From: Trichinella spiralis
Taxonomy: Eukaryota
Direction: 5' to 3'
Assembly: GCF_000181795.1 (NCBI RefSeq)
Contig: NW_003526943.1
Coordinates: 6,131,806-6,195,805, forward strand
Length of the DNA: 64,000 nucleotides
Numbering within the stretch: position 1 is the first letter of the stretch; every line of letters starts with the position of its first letter. Shown here in pieces: positions 26,106 to 37,905 of the stretch. A program made the translations under genes and the position numbers. The notes below the pieces were generated by a model. It saw only the letters and a program-made list of their open reading frames with translations, had not been told where the DNA came from and did no database searches.

Positions 26106-28428
26106 CTAATTTCGCATGTTCGAATAATATGGCCAGTAAGCGTACGGGTATGACCATGCAGCTTGAGCAATGGCCTTGCTTTGAGCCATTTCACGACTTG
26201 CCATCTCAGCCGCGACATCTTCTTCGGCCATTTTTTTCTGTTTTTTAACCATCAGACAGGCTCGAAAACTTGAAGCACAAATTGGAATAATAAAAATCAA
26301 TAGCACCACAGCTAAAATTAAAAATTTAATTTTTACAATCTGATAAAATGAAAAATGTGCAAGAATGTTCCATTATTTTCCTTGACCTTATTTCAAGGTG
26401 ATACAATATAGAAAGTGAATTTCCGTTTTGATATTTCAAAATATTTACAACTACCGATCATTAATATTACTATTCATACTGTATAAGGGTACTGTAATAA
26501 TGATAAAATTTGAATGTTTTTTTCTTTGAAAAAAAGTTTTGAACATCACTGATTTTATTCTGTATTCAATAATTTTACATATCTATATGTATATGAACAT
26601 GTTTGTTGAAAAAATTATTCTAAAAACTGCGTGAGAGGTTAAATGAAGTTAAATTGAATTTGTCATTTGAAAAGCGACATTTAATGCAACAAATGTTACT
26701 TGTAAGAAAGGAGAACTTATCAGCGTGAATTATCGTGAAATGATAAACGCGATGTTTACAGGATGGTTTTGAATAATAGTCTATAGGTCAAGGGCAGTAA
26801 AATTCTTCAAAGCAGACTGCATTAATAATATTATTATCATTGGTTATATAATAGATGTGTAGTTTTAATTGAAGAACAGAAAATAATTTTATTTTTATTA
26901 ATGTAAATTTAAACATTAATATTTAAATTAAACCATTAAACCAAAATTTTAAAACAAACACTGTGTTGGAACAGCTGTTGAAATAGATTGATTTCGTCAA
27001 CAGAAAATTCGCTATTTTGATTTGAAATACGCTTCCCGTCTGTTCTGACAAAACTGCACTTGCATATTTTGATCAACGCTTTCCTGTTTAAAATGAAAAA
27101 TACCTTTTCCGGTTACACTTGGGCTCTCAGGTGAAAATTTTTGCCATATTAAATCGCAATTACACGGTTCAATCAACGCCATGACAAACTCCCAATTGAA
27201 CAATTGATCTGCCACTGCGCCCACTTGAAGATTTGATAAAACAATTCAAATGCAATCGATTGCACTTTATAATTCTGATGAGGGTTTTTCCATTTTTAAA
27301 TTTATCATCGATAAAAGTTCAATTAATTTCATCACACTGTTTCATTTATGATAAAATGTTTATCATATAAATAATAAAGGTGTGAATATTGTAAAAGTGA
27401 AAAATATTACAAAATGAGAAATAATGAATTCAGAAAGAAAAACATTTGCCTACGTAATAATAATCTGATGACGTACTTTGAAACAATGTTTGCTTCCACA
27501 GATTTGTTTGCAATTATGCTATTTATTTTGCAAACAAAAATGAGTACATTTTTTCCAATCATCTTGTCATTTATAGACATTGAAATGAATTTAAATTTAA
27601 TTTAAAAAAATAGAAATTGAAAAAATAATAAAAAACAAAATTCTAAGATCTCGTTTCATCCGGTATAAATTGAAAAATGCTGTTTCACTTGAATGTTCAA
27701 AGCGGTCAAAGTGTAGTCAGTAGTTTGACGATGCAGCGAATTTTTTGTTTGCATTGCAAAAACTTAAGCAACAAACTAGTCACGCAGTACAGCGTTGTCA
27801 ACGAGACAGCTTAAAAAATAACCTTAATTTTGAAAATGATAAATTCTTTCCATTTTCACAATTAAATTGATCGTTCGTCTTCAATATTAGTTGTCACTAA
27901 ATTTAATTCAACGAAATTAAGTCGAATTGCAAATAAATAAATATATATATATCAAAAAAATATATGCATGCCAAGTAGTTTGCACATGTGTACAGATTAG
28001 AGATACATGAAGGGGGATTATGATGGTTGTAATGATGAAATGGAATGATTAATTTTTTAATACTTACCGGAAGCGAAAAGGATAATAATGAAAACGGTAG
28101 TCCAGATGCGTAAACGAAATGCACAAGTCAGTTGACACGAGCCGGTGAATGAAGTATCCGCTTCGACGCATTCACCTGTAGTGAACAGACTCCAGTACAT
28201 GTTGTTCTCGCATTCTCGTTCGCATGACAAACGACGACTGTAATATCCGCTTTGACAACGGCATATCCACTGGCCGAGAGGTTGGATTCTCAAGCAGCCG
28301 TTGTCCCTCTCTCCGAAGCATTTATCACGACAAGCTTCTTCAGTGTCGAACGCTGTGGCGCTGATCTGGCCCAAAGACGATCGAATTGCAATTGCAAAAA
28401 TGCTGCATATTAAAATTAAACTATTCAT
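26106..28428 (-). CDS. Cys-rich single-pass membrane protein, paralog C (exons 28428-28068, 26311-26106)
   Basis: Signal-like MNSLILICSIFAIAIRSSLG, same Cys pattern, WTTVFIIILFAS/AVVLLIFIIPIC joined over a ~1.76-kb phase-1 intron, tail AAWSYPYAYWPYYSNMRN. Confidence 0.85.
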
Positions 28429-29586
28429 ATCCAAAAATCAACTCTGCTGATGATAATCGGATTTTATATATGGCGGGACAAAAATGACGGGATATACAAC
28501 ACTGACTGACTGACCAAAGGGGAGAACAAACTGTATGCACCACACCGGCCAACGACGACGACGACTAACGCTTGAATACGATGTGCATTAAATTTGGCAA
28601 AAGCGAAATGTGGAACGAACACGGCCGGGCCTAGTTAGACCAGTGACAAAACAGTCAAGCTTTCCACAGGGGCAACAACCTGTTTATCAGTACGTCCGCT
28701 GGTGAAAGACGCACCTTTTGGACAAACTGGTAAGCCGACAGCCAAAACGCCAACTTTGACCGACAACATCATCAAAATAACGACTACCCATCTAGCAATA
28801 TTCAATATCTACAAAATATACAAGCATCATTATGATTTTTTTCACTTCGATCTATATTCATTCCCATCAATAAAATGCTTTATTCGAAATTTTACACACC
28901 AACAACCGCACGCATACCAACTTGCGTACTATTTTCAAAATTTCAACTTGAGAGCATTTTATTTTTAAATTCACAAAAAATTTCTCCTATTTTATTCAAG
29001 TATAACTTTTTTTTAAAAGTTCCAGATTTAAAAAAATTTTTTTAATTTAATTTTTTACATTCTTTTTTTCTGAAATATAAATTAGAACTTAATTATTTTT
29101 ATTTTTTTCAATAACTCAAAAATACAGTAACTGTAACTTTTTACAAATTAAAAAACAATTCTTATCAGAAAAAATAAAACGATAGAATGTAAAGAAAAAA
29201 ATATTTTACTTTTAAATTATTATTTAAATAAATATTCGATTGCTTAATTTGTTTATGAGTGAAGTGTTGTTTGATGTACAATTTGGAAATGAATGAGAAT
29301 ATTTAAATTTGTGCAGCAGGTTGATTCGAATGTGCGACAGTATATCAAAAGGGAAGATGTTGTCACAGTTTGTCATTTTATTTGCTCAAATAATTAAAAA
29401 GACAAAACAAGTGGCACACGAGTGAGACAGATGGTGGTGCAAAAAGCAGCGTTGAGCGGTCGATTTGAAATGACGTCCGTTTCAGAAATGCTCGTTGTAG
29501 TGGCAAACAAATTCAATGGACACTTTGGAAAATAATTATCATATTCTCCAGGCATATGAATAATAATTATTGATCACTTATTTTGC

Positions 29587-30388
29587 TTAATTTGCTTTCC
29601 ATTTCGAAGTTTTGTCAACGTAAACTTCCTGAAAATTTTATTTTACTCAAATCATCAACTTGTGCTTTGGAAAAAATAAAATTATCACAAACCTTTTTCC
29701 AAATTGGAACTGTTTTCTTTATTTCATCAATCGCAAATTTCACAGCATCCAAAGTTTCAGCCCTGTGCGGGGCACTGGCTGCCACAATAACTGACTTCTC
29801 TTTCACGGCAACATTGCTGCATAAATAGAAATTAATAAACACGAAGCAAAGAAAAATAACAATAAAAACCTGCATATTATACCCCAAACGATGATGCACG
29901 CATATGCGATGAATAGTTGGCCATTTTTTACGAATTTCAGAGCAGATATTTACGAAAATTTTACACGCCATACTTTCGTACGCTTCATATGCCAAGTAAG
30001 CCACGTCAACTTGGTCACTGCTTTTTCGTACCGAACCTGTAAAATTGGACATTTCCAACATGCAAATTTCAACAACATGCAACATATAAATATATATATA
30101 CAACTGTCACGTTAATTAAACGTATTTCAATTAAACAGAACGTTTATTTATTCATTTGATTTTTTTCTTTCAAATTTCAATTAAACCTAAATACAGTCAA
30201 CAACTAACTGATTGATTGTACTGAACGCCAAAAGTTAAGCCTTTAGCAAAACAGAAATACTTGCCTACAAATACAGATACAGCTCCATTTTCTTCGTGCG
30301 ATACAAAATCGACGGCAGATTCTAAATTGAGCATGTCTTCGGTCAACAAGATCCAGTTTCCAGTATCAAATTCTAACATTTCCTTCAT
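29587..30388 (-). CDS. MOCS2: Molybdopterin synthase catalytic subunit (MoaE-like), 4 exons
   Basis: GAVSVFVG/SVR, LAYEAYESMA, HHRLG, SAPHRAETL, IDEIKKTVPIWKK/EVY...WKAN. Confidence 0.93.
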
Positions 30389-31516
30389 CTTGATATTCTA
30401 CTTAATGTTATCTACAAGCACCGTCATCCAACAATCGAATTCTAAAAGATCAACTTGAACAATGAAAAATATTTTTTTTAATAAATAAATATTTCAACAT
30501 ATACCTCTTATTTTCAACAATTCATAATTTCTTCTGATCAAATTGGTATATAAAAGTAATGAAAAGCATAAGCTTAAGCTGAAACAACATACACAATGAC
30601 ACCAACTGTTACAGCGTGATCTGCTTGGTATGCAAAAGGTCGCACGTCATTGTTACTAATAATGCATAATGAGTGAGAAAATCAAGCAAATAACTAATAA
30701 TACTTGTTTGCCTCAAATTCTATTGGACACCAAAGCCAACAATTGTCATTTTTTAATTATTATTCTTATTTGTACAATAATAATATTATTGTTATTCAAC
30801 AACGGATGTCTCAATTGATTGTATTAATGTTTTTTTAAAGTACAATTCCTTTACTTGTCTGTTATTCTCAATGAGAATATCAATAAAATTGTTCAAGTTT
30901 TGTTTTGTACTTGCTGTAACTTAAATTTGTCTTATGAAAATTTTTCAAATGATTTTTAATGAATGTTTAATTTTTTAATCCATTCAACAAAACGCATATG
31001 CAAATGGTTCACACGAACAATTGTGTCTGCTAAATTAATCGGAATTTAAAATGTCAACATTGTACATTTTTTATCACATTTCAAATTGCACATTTCACTG
31101 CAGCGACAAACAAATTCAGGTTATTGCTAAGATTGAAAATGATAAAAATGTCTTTTACAAAAATGCATTCAAAATGTGTTCAAACATGTCATGCTTTAAG
31201 TAAACACTTGTTGTTGTTTTTTAATTTTCTGATTTATCAGCAAAAATGTTCTGACAGCCCTTCATATAACGTGCAATATAATTGAAAACACTTGTACATA
31301 ATTGAGAACTAAATAAAATTTAAAATTTCAGCTTTATGCAGAAGATGTTTTAGCTCACTTTATAATTAAGGTTACAAATTAAGATTTTGTAGCCCTGACA
31401 ATGAGCATTTTAAACATTTTCTCTGGTTGAGCTTAGTCAAGAGTTTGGAATTGATCAATTCCAACATGAGATTGACACTGTCTGTGATTAGATGAACAAA
31501 ATCCCATTAAACTATT

Positions 31517-31790
31517 TTAACCCTTCAACCGCATCATCTTTCAACCAGTGTCATTAGGTAGATGCTTTCTGAACTGCGCATCATTCTTCTTCTACCAGGT
31601 GCCGGATGGATCACAGCTTCACAATTTCACTAACTTGATTGACAAGACATACCAAGCATCAGATGCGGCTTGCACGTCGCAGGACACGACGAACCCGGCA
31701 GGGCTTTCTCTGTCATGGCGCCATTTCCTGCAGATTATCCTCCATGTCAACCGGCGTTCCGCAAACTGAATTTCTGACCTGATTCAAATA
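31517..31790 (-). mobile_element. Decayed piggyBac-like terminus
   Basis: TTAA (31517-31520) followed by CCCTT, the typical piggyBac end. Adjacent GC-richer stretch reads RRASRI*CLVC on the minus strand. No partner end found. Confidence 0.4.
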
Positions 31791-32663
31791 ACATGACAAC
31801 AAGATTGGAAAAACACCCCATTTTGCCCCATTTTAAAATTTTCAAGATGAATATCATTATCAACAAAGCTAAACATTTTCATTCATTCAATTCAAATGCT
31901 ACAGTAGGCAATTTGATCCTTAAATCCTTAAATACGTTACAACTCCAGCTTTTTTTCGTTTTCTTTTTTTTGTAATATTTGATGTATCTATTATCACAGG
32001 CTAAATGTTTTTTTTAACTTCAAATTAAAAACACATCAAAGTGCCTTAAAAATTAAAAGACAACTGATTGAAAATAATTTTAAAGTAAGCTAAAAAAGAA
32101 TTTTTGCAAAAAATACATAACGTAAACTGCAACTGTGTTCATTATAATTTGCTTACCAGATTACCGTGATGTTAATAGTCAGAAATGTCCACTATAAAGA
32201 AGAAAAAAATTCATTATTACATTTCTGAATCTGAAACATCGAAAAAATTTTTGAAATATCAGTCATGTAACTTAATTTTCATTTACTGTGGTCACAAAGT
32301 TGTTGAATTTTATTATTAAAATATTTGCTATAATTATGAAATCTATATTTTGTTGTTTAGAATAATAAACTTTTTGAAATATTTAAATATTTATAAGAAT
32401 AAGACATATTTGTTCCTAATTATTAAGCAACAATTGATGATTACATAATCAGTATTGTTTTTCTTTGCACTGTTTGTGGAGTTTGAAATATATCCTTTAC
32501 ATATACATTGGTATATAACTATATCATTATTTTTATTCTGTAGAAATTCTTTTTTGTATTAATATTTAGTTTTGTGATGAAGTTGTGTTTTTTTTCTAAT
32601 TCTTTTTCAGACTAATTATTTATTATGTTGAATTTCAGATTGAATTGCAAATTTCTGGAGAAA

Positions 32664-33707
32664 ATGCTGCTTTCAAAAATGATGGTATGTAATGTGAATT
32701 TTTAAACCGTTTTGAAATTTTAGTGGTATTTCAGATAAGATGCTTTTCTGCTTCAACGATAGCATGGCAACACGTTAAAGTAGGATCAATGTTTTTAGAG
32801 CAGTTCTTTATTTTGTAAGGTCATCTTTATGCTTCAGATTCCAACAATTATTGGGGGAATTGGTGGAAAGTATGCAACTGCTGTTTACTGTGCCGCTGTG
32901 AAATCCAATAAACTGGACGCAGTAGAAAATGAAATTAACAATTTTGAGGTGAATTATTGTTTTGTTTGGTGAACTGCGTGAAATGTTTCCTAAAAGCTTT
33001 ATTCGTTTTATTTATTAACATTTTATCATATTTCGAAATTTTATTTGGAATTAAGGAAATTCGCATTTCCATTTAAGCTTTCCTTTGTTTACCTTTGTTT
33101 TATAGGCAGAGTTGAGAAAAGATTCAAAATTAAAAATGATTCTTGCTGATCCATTTGTTCATAAAGAAGAAAAGAAAAGAGCAATTGACAGCGCTGCCGA
33201 AAAATTAAAATGCAGTTCCATTACAAAAAATTTTTTTGGTGATTTACTATTTGTTCTGTTTAAATTGATAAATGAGAAAAATTCTTTTTCAGAATTAATT
33301 TCGGAAAATGGCAGAATGCTAGAAGTTGAGAACATATTGGAATGTTTCAAGAAACTGATGGCTGCGCATCATGGAGAACTGGTGTGCGAAGTTACGTCAG
33401 CAAAAGTAATTTTACTTATAGTTTGATTTTTAAAGTTTTTTTTTAATTTTTAATTTCAGCCTTTAGATGCAAGCACGCAAACGTCTTTATACTCCGTTCT
33501 ACAAGGTTTCACAAAGGGTAGTCATAAGCTACATATAAACTATAAAGTAGGTGGATTTTTTTGCGTTGCCATTTTGAATTTTTCGTCAACTAGGTTGATC
33601 CTGTATTAATTGCTGGAATTACGGTTTCACTGGGTGACCACTACATCGATATGTCGGCTGCTTCGAAAATTGATCAATATTCAAAAATAATGGAAAGTGT
33701 TTTGTAG
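32664..33707 (+). CDS. ATP5PO: ATP synthase subunit O (OSCP), ~7 exons
   Basis: GIGGKYATAVYCAA, ISENGRM, LMAAHHGELVCEVTSAK/PL, VDPVLIAGITVSLGDHYIDMS; all introns read GT-AG. Confidence 0.93.
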
Positions 33708-34299
33708 TTGTGTTTCTGGGATGAAGCAATTTTTATCTATCACAATAAAGTGATAGTGACTATTTGAGTTTCAGTTTGCGCATGTCATTTCTGAAATAAA
33801 TAGTGGTGAATTCTATACTTTATTTAGTTAATTTATAATATATTTCAAACTCTGTTTAGAGTACAGAGTATATTTTTATTTTGGTTACAGTATTTACAGT
33901 AATAATTTATATGGGAGATCGAATAATAAATGCCATCCTATACTATAAATATAAATAATACTTCTGCCGGTAGGATGCTCAAGTTCAAATAGCCTGACAC
34001 TGTTTTAAGATGAGGAACAGTGGTCTGTATCAAAATGCAAGACACGGATAGACGGGCATGTGTAAATTGCAGGGAACAATACAACACTTTTAATAACTAA
34101 CAATCAGGTTCCAATACTGACTGTAGTTCTTCAAGCCTCATTCGTCCACGTGACGAATTACGCTTTCTCTGGTTCTTTGTTAAATTGTGATAACTACTGC
34201 GTTTAAGCAAATATCAGTCCGAACAAATATATTGCGTTCGAGTAAAGAAGTTACTTATAGCATCTAAAAATAGCTACTAAATGTTCAAATGAACATTCT

Positions 34300-35705
34300 A
34301 GTTTCTAACAGGGCAAGACTCACGCTGCAAGCAAGATTGCCTCTTTTCGCTCTTCTGCATCGTCGCGTTGACTTCATTCTTCTTCCGCTGCTCGATCTTC
34401 TTTCTTCTCGTCTCTTCGGCTTCGTTCTTCTCGTTCCCGCGTGCTGCGTTCTACGATTCTCTCGTACCGCCACTCGCACTACCACTGAAGAAAGAAGATG
34501 CGGGAGCCGCCCATCTGTCCGTGTCTTGGATTTTGTTACAGTCCACCGTCCCTCACCTGACAACAGAGTGTCAGGCTATTTGAAATTGAGCATCCGTACC
34601 GGCAGAAGCCAGTTGTCGGTACATTTTCTGGTCCTTTGAGCCAGATCACGTGAAGCAAACAACCCACGGATGGTGAAGTACTAATGGCTTCAGCTGCCAG
34701 AGCAAAGTCGAAGAAAGAAGAAATCACAGTGAGCCTGAATGGACTTCTGGGAGAACTGGATGAGCTGTGCACGCCTTCGCTGACGCAGACGAGTTAGAGG
34801 ATCAGATCCCACTGAGTGAGCGTATATATTTCGAGACCGAGGCACTCCAGATACAGCTGGAGCAGAATTTAGAAAAGGATGGAATGCAGGGGGCAATGGA
34901 AGATTGGTCACAGTATAGAAAAACTTTCAGACGGCGACGGCCAACGGCTCGCGCTCTGATCCGCCAGCTACGGAAAGAGCAGGAGCAGCGGCCGACGGGT
35001 GGCGACAACAGTAATCTCGGCAGGAGTGCCATGCGGATCGGAAACGGAAAGCTGCTGGAACTGAAACTTCCGCAGTTTTCAGGGGAAGTGCTGGAATTCC
35101 CCACCTTCTGGGCCCAGTTCGAGGCAAGCGTCCACAACAGAAGCGACCTGGATGTCACTACGAATTTTGATTACCTGCTGTCAGGTACGGAAGGGAAGGC
35201 GCGAAGCGCCATTGCTGGAATCCCGCTCACCGCAGCAAACTATACTCATGCTGTGGAGATCCTGAAGACCCGTTTCGAAGTTAGTTGCGCGCGAGCACAT
35301 CTCAGCTTTGTGGAAGGCACCAGCGTGCCGTGAGATGACGATGCAGGGCATCCAGATATTGGTGGACGAGCTGATGAAACACCTACGATGTCTCAAGGCG
35401 CTGGACAAGGATCCCTACACAGGCCACTTCCCCGTGAGCGAGGCCTTGATGCCGATGCTGAGAGAAAAGTTCTCTCCTGCGCTACAGAGTGCGTGGGATC
35501 TGAAGGTAGGGTCCGATGATGATTTTAAGAAGTTTCTGCAGTTCGCCCAACGGTAGGCGGACTCACTCTTCACGCCCATTGAAGACGGCGTCAGAGAGCC
35601 TGAGAAAAGAGTCGAACACAGAACCTCCCAGAAGGAACCGCCTCACTTCAAATGGAATAACGGCGGCCGTATTGCGTCGTCTGCTGCGGCAGGGTGGGCG
35701 CCGTT
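34300..35705 (+). mobile_element. Truncated BEL/Pao LTR retrotransposon (5' LTR, PBS and frameshifted gag)
   Basis: LTR-like end ...GGTACA at 34623, PBS-like TGGTCCTTTGAGCCAGAT at 34629, ATG at 34684, DUF1759-type LKLPQFSGEVLEFPTFWAQFEASVH...YLLSGTEGKARSAI...LKTRF. Frameshifts, a stop and no pol. Left boundary approximate. Confidence 0.88.
34629..34646 (+). promoter_or_regulatory. Primer-binding site, tRNA-Tyr type, 2 mismatches
   Basis: TGGTCCTTTGAGCCAGAT versus the recalled tRNA-Tyr complement TGGTCCTTCGAGCCGGAT, located 5 nt after the LTR-terminal CA. Confidence 0.75.
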
Positions 35706-36433
35706 CCATCTGGAACATAAACAATTCAAAAGAATTTTATGTTATATGCTAATAAATAATACAATGTTAATAATACGTTGCGAAGTTAGATAACATGTTG
35801 CATTAAGCCTAATTTCACGTATAGCAGAAAACAGAAGTTCATGAAATGACGTCCGGTTTACAGTAATAATATTTACAAACTTGAACATCTATAATTTACT
35901 GTATATTGTTATGTTGTAAGACTTTAAAGCGCATGTGTTTAAACAATGTTATCTTTTTTCTATGAGCATTTGTTAGCGAATTCGAAACTTTGAAGTCGCA
36001 GTGACGGTTTCTATGCTTTGTTGATCAGTTGAGTAATGCTAAACTCATTCTTATTTTAGGTGACTTTTATGTTAGGTTATATACCTGACATTTGTTTCTA
36101 ACATTTAAATTTTTAAGTGTTAAGAATTTTTGATCAGTAGCTCTAAATAGAAACATCGATGTTTATTTATGCGCCCTTATTTTATGATGTTTTAGAAAAG
36201 AATTCGATTAGATATGATGGAGAAATCTTGTATTGAGAAAAGAAGAAAAAACGACAGCGCTGAGAAACATATTGATCTGTTTTTTGAGGAGATCGGAGAA
36301 GAATTAATATTGGGTATATTCAGAATTTTTTGTAATTATGTGAGTTTTTTGTATTTAGATACGATATTTGACGTAAATCATGCTGCTAAACTATCACTGC
36401 GTTTATTTCATGGGAAGCGCAATTTTTTTCGCT

Positions 36434-36901
36434 ATGGGAGAAACAGGTGATTGATGAAGCTTGCGATTTTTGTTTTATTGCTTTAGATTAAAAAAGCTAA
36501 TTGAGCTATAACATTGTAATGCGACTTAAGAATGTTACGATTTTGTAGATGAATCATTGTGTAGTAGGTATTAATATTATTTTAAATGGTTTCTTGGATG
36601 AAATTTGAATTAGTTGCAGTTATAGTTACAGAAAGATATTATGAAAGATATATAATTCGTGTATTCAGTGATGGGTACGATGATAAATAAACAGGCTTTG
36701 ATGTTTTTGTCGACGAAGTGTCGTTACTGTTTGTACAGATTGCTTCAATTTTAGAACTACGGTTTCCAGAGATAGAAATATAGCTGCTTGGAGGAGTTTT
36801 CGGGAAAAGTTTTTGAAAAATTACAGTGAAAATGAATTGGATGGCGATTCTCGAGGTAGCAGCAGTGAGTTTAATTTGGTTTAATTCTAGCAGAAAGTTT
36901 A

Positions 36902-36948
<47 letters not shown>

Positions 36949-37905
36949 TTGTTTACAACAAACAATATTTATTTAAATGCATGCATGTGGTGATGCAAAA
37001 TAGGAAAGTAATTTTAGATGAAGATGTGGCTGTTAATTGGCCTAATTCCAGTTCGAATAAAGACGCTATCAATGTGTCAATTCGGCGGAGACGTATTGAT
37101 AGTTTGACGGATATGGAAATATGTTCTGATGGACTTGAGTCGACAAGCGAAGATGAGGAAATGTTGAGGGAACAGCTTTTATTATCTAAGTTAGAAAAGC
37201 TCAAATCTGAATCTAAACATTCAGCAGAACTTGAAGCTTCATTTGGAAATGATAGCTCGGATTCAGAAAATGAGGATACTTTGAGAAGAATATTGCTTGA
37301 GACGTTGAGAAATAAAGTATGTTTTTAAAATAAATTATATTACGTATGATATATGTTATATTGTTTTCTAATGTTTTTTCTAATTATTTTTTAAAATTTA
37401 TGTAGCACTTTTTATTTTTTGTATTAAAGTATTGTGCATCTCATAACGATTGTTATTTTAGATAGATCAGAAGCATAGTTCAACCTATTCTCACACTGAG
37501 ATAGCTGATGACGGTGTTGCTGCATCATTTTCCAAAGTGGAAAGGAAGCCTTACGTGTACAGTGCAGAGCACAAGAGCAGGAAGTTAAAATTTGTTAAAG
37601 TTGCTAGTTTTTCGAATTCCAGAAAAGGAATGTCTCATAGTTCGGTGAAGCGTTCTAAAGCAATTTCACTAAATACACAGAGGGCTCATAATTTGGTAGT
37701 GAACAAGTATAAGTTGTGGAAACGATTTTCTTGGGTTGCGTCACATCAAAAGGTCGAACATATTTTCTGTTTATGAAAATTGATTTGCTGTTAAATGCTT
37801 GTTTTTCAGCTTTGCGAATTAATGAAACAGAAACCAGTTATTATTTCCTTGGATGAAAGCGACAGTGAATCGGAACTTGAAGCTGTTAAAGGAGGCAATG
37901 TGTAG
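36434..37905 (+). CDS. Uncharacterised ~300-aa charged/Ser-rich protein, ~6 exons
   Basis: Phase-consistent GT-AG exon chain MGET/VIVTERYY...SDG/TTVSRDRN...GSS/NEDVAV...LRNK/IDQKH...HQK/LCELMKQKPVIISLDESDSESE. Start codon uncertain. Confidence 0.6.
36908..36946. repeat. (TA)n microsatellite, intronic
   Basis: Uninterrupted TA run. Confidence 0.95.

Noticed and set aside
34285..34639. Arg-rich and hydrophobic ORFs on both strands
   Set aside because: Low-complexity LTR sequence upstream of the PBS.
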